Assembly (NCBI RefSeq): GCF_963921235.1
Contig: NC_086108.1
Coordinates: 85,500,001-85,564,000 of the forward strand
Source: Mobula hypostoma
Taxonomy: Eukaryota
Length of the DNA: 64,000 nucleotides
Reading direction: 5' to 3'
Positions 60,746 to 64,000 of the stretch are shown here, in pieces. The notes beneath the pieces are model-generated. The model made no database searches. It was not told where the DNA came from and saw only the letters and a program-made list of their open reading frames with translations. Made by a program: the position numbers and the translations under genes. Each line of letters begins with the position of its first letter. Position 1 is the stretch's first letter.

Positions 60746-62269
60746 AGCCAACTTGATCTACCAATATTCTGCAATATTTCAAATGCACACCTATCTCCAC
60801 CAACTCACCTCACCAACTTTACCACTCAGTGACTGCACAGTCTCCTGAGTGACATTTCAAAAGGGGATTTGTAGTCTGTCTCGCTTCTTTATGCCACTCA
60901 CAATGCTGTCTTCAGTCCACTATGTTCCATGAGAACTTATGAGATTAGTAGCTTATTTTTCAGAATTCACCTTCATCCCTTTTCAGTGTCCTCAGCATCT
61001 TTGCACTCATTGTGTGCAATGGCAATTTACTTCATCAAAGGATACCTCTAAAAAGAATTACACCTAGTTTCATTATATTGCACCTTGTATTCCTGTCTCC
61101 TGCTCCTTATCTAGGCAACCGGTTGATAGGGACTTGTCTTTTTTGTATTTTATAAGACTTCAATTAAATCTCATGGATACCCACGCTTATTTTCTTGTGA
61201 AAATACTGACTTTTCAAACCTACTATAGTATTCCAAGGCTTTTTGGCTATGAGTCATTTCCTTATTGTCCTCTGCACTTTTACTACAGTTTTATTTCACC
61301 CATTATGTAAAAACCACAACTTATACACAATATTCTAGACATAGAGCTTGGTCAGGGGCAGAATTACTTGTTTAGCATTTGAACTCACTGCCTGAGATTA
61401 TTTACTTTTAAGACACTTGTGTGGCAGTGGTCATGGGAGCTCAGTGATTCCTGTACTCAGATGGCTAGGTCCTGTTCCTGGTTAGTAGCCTTGAAAATAT
61501 AAATCTGCCTGGTGTTCAGATGATTGACCTTGTCTCTGGTCAGGTGTAGATCATTGCACTTATCTGTATTAAAAGGCATTGGAATGATGTGGGTCAATTT
61601 CCCTCTGGTTCTATTTGCAGACTATTTCTTCTGATTCAACACACACATTCACCTTTGTAATTATCCATGAATTCACAGGTAATATTCCTGAACTTTCATC
61701 TTGATCCTTAATAATAAATGAGGAAGAGCTCATATCAATCTCTGTGTGATTCATACTGAACCACTAAGAAAGTCGTAACCTTTCATTGTTCATTAATCTT
61801 TTTGTGAGTAACTTGTTTTCATGTTCTATTATCCAAACTAATATCTAAACAATCAATCATAAATTACTTTAATCCACATAATCATAACATCTGCTGAATA
61901 GAAAATCATGGCTAGATTTGAGGGACTTGGAACATACAGTATGAGCTGCCAATAAAAGAAAGTGTAACTTTAAAGAAAGTATGGACAACAACAGCAAGGT
62001 CAAACATTGTGTTTCATCACAGCTAGCTGTAAAGCATTCTACATAATGTTTTCCCAACTCTTTTAAATAGACTGTATTCTGCAATGTGGAGTACCTGTGG
62101 GATCCATAATCTTTTTGGTAATGCTGCTTAGTCAGGCAAGAACAGAAGTGGAGATTCTAACAAAATATTCTTTATTGAAAATTGTCAGTTGCCTGCAAAC
62201 CACCTGCTTTAGTTCAACACTGTGTCAAAATTCATACCATATTTACACAGAGCACTTAAAGGAACAGTC

Positions 62270-62860
62270 ACTCTCAGAGTTGTGTAAGACATTGCTAAGG
62301 TCTAATTTGGAGTGTGTGTGCTGTTTTGGTCACCTACCTACAGGAAAGTGGTAGATAAGGTTGAAAGAGTACAGAGAAAATTTACAAGGATGTTGTAGGG
62401 TCTGAAGGACCTGACTTATGTGGAAAGATTAGAAAGGTTAGGACTTTATTCCTTAGAATGTAGAAGATTGAGAGGAGATTTGATAAAGGTATGAAGGATA
62501 TAGGTTTTATATAAACCCTGCGTAACTGCAAGCAGGCTTTTTCCACTGAGCTGTGGTGGAACTACAACTAGAGGTCATGGTTTAAGGGTGAAAGGTGAAA
62601 GGTTTAAGGGAACAAAAGGGGGAACCTCTTCACTCAGAGGGTTGTGAGAGTGTGGAATGAGCTGCCAGTGCAAGTGGTGCATGTGAGCTCAATTTCAATG
62701 CTTAATTGACATTTGGATAGGTACATGGATGATAAGGATATGGAGGGCTATGGTTCCAGTGCAGGTCAATGGCAGTAGGCAATTTAAAGGTTTTGGCGTG
62801 GACTAGATGGGCTGAAGGGCCTGTTTCTGAGCTGTACTTTTCTATGACTCTATGGCTATA
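62270..62860 (+). mobile_element. CR1 3' fragment
   Basis: 'gaaagagtacagagaaaatttacaaggatgttg...gggaacctcttcactcagagggttgtg'; tail 'ctatgactctatggcta'. Confidence 0.85.
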
Positions 62861-63314
62861 GTTATACTACACTACCTTTAAAGGCAACAAACTCCATGAA
62901 ATTCGTCAGCTATCACATGAAAGTATATCAACAGTTTGTTGTTTACCAATTCATTGTTAAAATCATTGTTAAATTCATTGTTATATGTACTGTTGTGAAT
63001 GTAATTAAACACAATAGTACTCTTTTTATTTGTCCTTTTGACTACAAATTCTACACTATAAGATGAACTTAACATCTCTGCAGTAAACACATCAGCTACT
63101 AATAATGAATCATTTCTCTCAACAGGCTTCATATGTAACTAATCTCACAATCCACGCTTAATGATTAGCATATTAAAATTTCCCTTAGCTACGCATGCAT
63201 TGAATTGATTACTTTCTGAACATTAACAGTATGCCAGACACAACCCAGCTGATAACACTTAATTATGATGACTTTGTACACTGATACTTTGTTTCCCGTA
63301 TTGTGAACTCATAA

Positions 63315-63905
63315 ACTTTGTCAAGCGCCTCCACTCCATCCGCTAAAAACGGAATTTCCTGGATGCCAACCATTTTAATTCCTATCCCCATTCCCGCTCT
63401 GTTGTTAGTCCATGGCCTCCTTTTTGTTTTGCCACAATAAGGCCACTCTCAAGGTGGAAGAGCAACTCCTCATACTCCTTCTAGGTAGTCTCCAACCTAA
63501 TAGCATGAACATTGATTTCTCCTTCTGGTAATAATCCCCCCCCCCCCCCGTTTCCCTTGTCTTCTATTCCCTACTCTGGCCTTACCTGCTCACCTGCTTA
63601 TCACCTTCCCCTGGTGTGCCTCCATCTTCCCTTCTCCCATGGTCCACTCTCCTCTCTGATCAGATTCCTTCTTCTCTAGCCCTTTACCTTTCTCACCCAC
63701 CTGGCTTCACCTATCACCTTCTAGTTAGTCCTTCTTCCCCTTCCCTCCACCTTTTTTATTCCGGCAATTTTCCCCTTCCTTTACAGTCCTGAAGTGTTGA
63801 AAGCTTATTCATCTCCATAGATGCTGCCTGACCTGCTGAGTTCCCCCAGCGTTTTGTGTGCGTTGCTCTGGATTTCCAACATCTGCAGAATTCTTGTGTG
63901 TACAA
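63315..63905 (+). mobile_element. Penelope-like 3' fragment (GIY-YIG end plus pLTR)
   Basis: Homologous to 10212-10864 ('ccattttaattcc','ggtggaagagcaactcctcata','catgaacattgatttctcc'); pLTR 'agtcctgaag...gatgctgcctgacctgctgagttc' has its hammerhead core deleted. Confidence 0.82.
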
Positions 63906-64000
63906 TCTTCGGCTTGGATTCGTTTTTAAATCACCTCATCTTGGTACCTCCACATTCATTCTTTTGCATGTAGACGTCCTGTCGACACTGGACCTTTCTG

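Noticed and set aside
62878..63132. 84-aa Asn-rich minus-strand ORF
   Set aside because: Arises from a short AT-rich 'tcattgtta' tandem repeat; no homology recognised.

Overview
Vertebrate non-coding DNA made almost entirely of nested transposable-element debris. The CR1/HER1-type LINEs, V-SINE-core SINEs and Penelope repeats suggest a cartilaginous fish, probably a ray (inference). I could not support any host protein-coding gene; every recognisable ORF is a degraded TE fragment. Main contents: (1) a full-length but decayed CsRn1-clade Gypsy LTR retrotransposon (2662-10037), interrupted by a CR1 that itself holds a Penelope mini-insert; (2) many CR1 and Rex1/Babar LINE fragments; (3) RTE LINEs, two with an inverted 5'UTR fused to the 3' end; (4) two solo LTRs; (5) Tc1, mariner and hAT non-autonomous DNA elements; (6) many Penelope-like (GIY-YIG) derivatives. 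The most interesting signal is a set of minimal type-I hammerhead ribozyme motifs, from two sequence families, carried by Penelope pLTRs. These include ORF-less 110-280 bp units, several of them fold-back palindromes, each flanked by its own 10-15 bp target-site duplication, i.e. retrozyme/SINE-like mobile units. Boundaries not anchored by a TSD, TIR or tail are approximate, and family names come from motif recognition, not database searches.
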